Assembly (NCBI RefSeq): GCF_006345805.1
Contig: NC_043003.1
Coordinates: 14,136,001 to 14,200,000, forward strand
Reading direction: 5' to 3'
Source: Octopus sinensis
Taxonomy: Eukaryota
DNA length: 64,000 nt
In this document: one piece after another, positions 60,546-64,000 of the stretch
Numbering within the stretch: the first letter of the stretch is position 1
How the letters are laid out: every line of letters starts with the position of its first letter
Position numbers and translations under genes: made by a program
The notes under the pieces: generated by a model
Databases searched by the model: none
What the model was told of the DNA's origin: nothing
Seen by the model: the letters and a program-made list of their open reading frames with translations, nothing else

Positions 60546-63500
60546 ACTGCCCATATTAGTTCTTATCTATTTTGATTTCTATTTTACATTGTACGTCTGC
60601 AACGACAAACTCTGTTATGAATTGTGATTCTCAAGTGGAGAATCATTTGACTGTGGCCATGCTGGAGCACTGCCTTTAGTTGACCAAATCAATCCCAGGA
60701 CTTATTCTTTGTAAGCCTAGTACTTGTTCTATCGGTCTCTGTTGCCGAACTGCTAAGTTACGGGGATGTAAACACACCAGTTGTCAAGCGATGTTGGGGG
60801 GACAAACACAGACACACAAACATATACACACACACATATATATATATACACACACATATATACGACAGGCTTCTTTCAGTTTCTGTCTAACAGATTCACT
60901 CACAAGGCTTTGGTCGACCAGAGGCTATAATAGAATGCACTTGCCCGAGGTGCCATGCAGTGGGACTGAACCCGGAACCATGTGGTTGGTAAGCAAGCTA
61001 CTTACCACACAGCCACTCCCGGAAAGATTTTATACAAAATAATATTCCAGCTTCTCTTAATAACTTTGCAAGTTGAAGCAGAAAAAGCATCATGTGACCC
61101 ATTACTTAATGTAGGTTTAATTGCTAGTCAACCGATTCCAATCTCACAAACTCACACATACATATACATACATACATACATACACAAAAATTAAACCACC
61201 AATAGATCAGATGGAGCAACCTCCCCCCTTTCACAAACACAGAATAATTCACAATACTATTAGTATGATTTTAATCATGGGCAAACTATATCCGAGCACT
61301 AGAGAGAGAGAGAGAGGGAGGGAGACTAGTGTAAAACAATGGTGGAGAGTGTCTCTAATTACATATATAAATCATATTTGAGACCTGGCATTTCATGAAA
61401 AATAATAATGAACAAATTTTAAAATTTTATGCAGAATAACGTTCATCCAATTTCAGAATGAAAATCAGTTAGTTTCCTAGTCTTCTGTGGTTCAAGGGAG
61501 GGGGAGCGGGGGGGGGGGGGAAGGTAGTTATTGTTAGCTTTTTGACATCAAAAATGATTAGACATATGCAATCAAACTACAATTGTCTCTGGCATTATCA
61601 AGAGGCTTGCATTGATTTATCTGCTCGCCTGTCTAGACGGCTTTTTGTTTTACTAGATAATAACAACAAACAGTTGTTTCAAGACAATCAGAAAAACATA
61701 AACTGCTTATTACATTCATACAATGATAGAATTGGTAAATGTATACAGGCTACAGACGGAAGGGCATGTTTCAAAATGAAATAATATAGTATCTCTGGTG
61801 AAGTTAAGTTCATCACCACCATCATCGTGGCTTTTACCTCTTTATTCATTTATTTTTGTGCAGCCATGGGTTATAAAACATAGACTATATTACAGTAGGT
61901 TTCAAAATATTCCAGTCTAGTGTCATTTCTCTAATGAAATCTAATATTCTGAAATCTGGCTTTACGGTTTCTTTTCAATTCCTCTTACATTTGCCTTTGT
62001 TGCGCTGTATTTTATGGCATATAAGTTGCACTTTTCCCCCCAAAATTTATTGAAACAAGGGCAGTGAATTTCAACAAATCTGGTAACAAAATGGTTAACT
62101 TACTGCTCCTTATAATACTTCTCTCTCTCTCCCTATCTATCTATCTGTCTGTCTATCTATCTATCTATCTATTTCACCTCTCTCAACATAGCCACTACTT
62201 TCTCGTTACAGTGAGACAGAAAGGACCCAACCAAGCAACCAAACATCAACAAACAAATAAATAAATAAAATAACATGTGACCTAGCATTTTATATATCAA
62301 GATACTATCCACTTTCTGCTTGGCTAAGAATTCAGTTTCACTAAATAATGGTACTGCCAAGTTCTGGGAACAGCACTTATGTTAGAGAAAACACAATTTT
62401 TTTTTTTTTTATAAATCTTATATCTGGTTACCAAGATCGACAAATATTTGGGAAACCCGTCTCGATGTCGGTCACATGCTGCAAAATCTAAACTACTCTA
62501 GAGTGGTAAATTGAACAATATTTCTGAAGCAACAATTACTGTAACATCTGGCAATATTTAATGATTCCAATAAATAAATAAATAAATAGAAGCATTATTC
62601 ATTTCAAGAAAAAAACCCATCTCTACCCTCCTCCCATCTTCCAAGATCTCCTTCACATAGCATGTACATAAGTTGGTACATGCTATGCAGAATCATCTAC
62701 AGTTACTTCTACTAGAAGTATTTCAGTTTAAACTTTGCTTAAAGGAGACAAGAAGGCCTATCTTCCTCCCAAGAGCCATGAGATACTCCAAAACATAACT
62801 AAGTAGGTTTTGACTCCCTATTAAGTACTTGACTACTTGATTTTAAGGCTGCTTATTAACAGGCAAGTTCAGTTACTTAGTTTTCACAGCGGTTAATAAA
62901 TATGAATAGAAGCTATGCTCTTGAGAGTTAAAGACAAACTAATGCATATCAGGCTCTTGTAACAGACAAAGTACACCTGGCAAAGAAATGATATTTAGCA
63001 AATGCAAGAAAAACATGAAGCGCTGCATGAGTTTTGTTCAGTCTCTGCTCACTCAATCCCAAGTAGGTTAAGAGTTACAGCTACCGACAACCCTTCAGAT
63101 TATATTTCCCAAATGGTCATTTAATTATGTGCCTACCTATGTTTTTGCCTTAACTTTTAGTAATCTGATAAGCACTAGTGATTACGGTATCAATTAGTTG
63201 TGCAGTCATAAAAATGTGGTTAAGTGGTTCAAGTATTAGAATGCTGACCCGAAGGTCGCTGGTTTAACTTAAATTTTCGTTTTACATACATCAGGTTTTC
63301 AACTCGAGGTTCTTGGCTTATCTCAGATTACACATGGAATTACAAGAAGCGTGCTTCCCAATGAATATGATGCTAAACTCTATTAAAGAAGGTTTGCCCC
63401 CCCTCTACAACCACCACCACCATCCTTACATAACATAAAAACATCATGTTAGTTTCAATTCAATACTCGAGATTTTAATGAAGATCTTAATCTTTTATTT

Positions 63501-64000
63501 GGTTCCGTTATTCGACTGCAGCTATGCTGGGGTACTGCCCTGAAGGGTTTTAGTGGAACAAATCAAAACCCCACCCCACCCCACCGGGGACTGCCCTGAA
63601 GGGTTTTAGTGGAACAAATAGAAACCCACCTCCACCCCAGTTCTAATTTTTTTTAAAGTCTACTACTTACTTTATTAGTCTCTTTTTTTTCTGCTAAAAT
63701 GCTAAGCTACAAGGATGTAAACAAACCAATATCAAATGTCAAATGGTGGCGGAGGCATACAGAGACACACTGGTGCTGGTGCCACATAAAAAGCACCCAA
63801 TACACTCTGTAAAGTGGTTGGTATTAAGAAGGGCATCCAGCCGTAGAAATCAAGCCAAAACAGACTATGGAACTTGGGGTGGCACCTGGTCTTGCCAGCT
63901 CCTCTCAAGCCATCCAACCCATGCCAGCACAGAAAATGGACATTAAATGACAATGATGATGATGATGATGATGAATCCAACTGCTAATCATACCACAGAG

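Noticed and set aside
280-63980. Most ORFs in the track (YIYI, THTH, CVCV, poly-I/L/T, LSIY, and SINE or RTE-UTR translations)
   Set aside because: They are translations of microsatellites or multi-copy non-coding repeats.

Overview
AT-rich eukaryotic DNA made mostly of microsatellites and interspersed repeats, typical of a large intron or intergenic region. The SINE and RTE-tail families look like those of octopus (coleoid cephalopod) genomes; that assignment is recalled, not searched. No protein-coding gene can be called with confidence, and almost all ORFs in the track come from repeats. Supported content: (1) about 30 copies or fragments of a tRNA-headed SINE with an internal (TA)n/(GT)n tract (family A); (2) about 20 copies of a second tRNA-headed SINE with one shared core and two alternative tails (family M), several with 12-21 bp target-site duplications; (3) many 5'-truncated RTE LINE 3' ends, three of which retain recognisable ORF remnants; (4) an R4/Dong-like C-terminal remnant and a non-coding family (B) confined to (AAT)n arrays; (5) TTAA-flanked, TA-flanked and 8-bp-TSD DNA-transposon derivatives, repeatedly nested in one another; (6) a 1.45 kb GT-derived minisatellite and smaller tandem arrays. 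The most notable signals are three dispersed copies of a minimal type-I hammerhead-ribozyme fold inside (TA)-associated Penelope-like repeats, and a perfect 125+125 bp palindrome at 5916-6168. Weak promoter-like and small-exon-like signals hint at a host gene but are unproven. Repeat boundaries were read by eye and may be off by about 10 bp unless a TIR or TSD is quoted.
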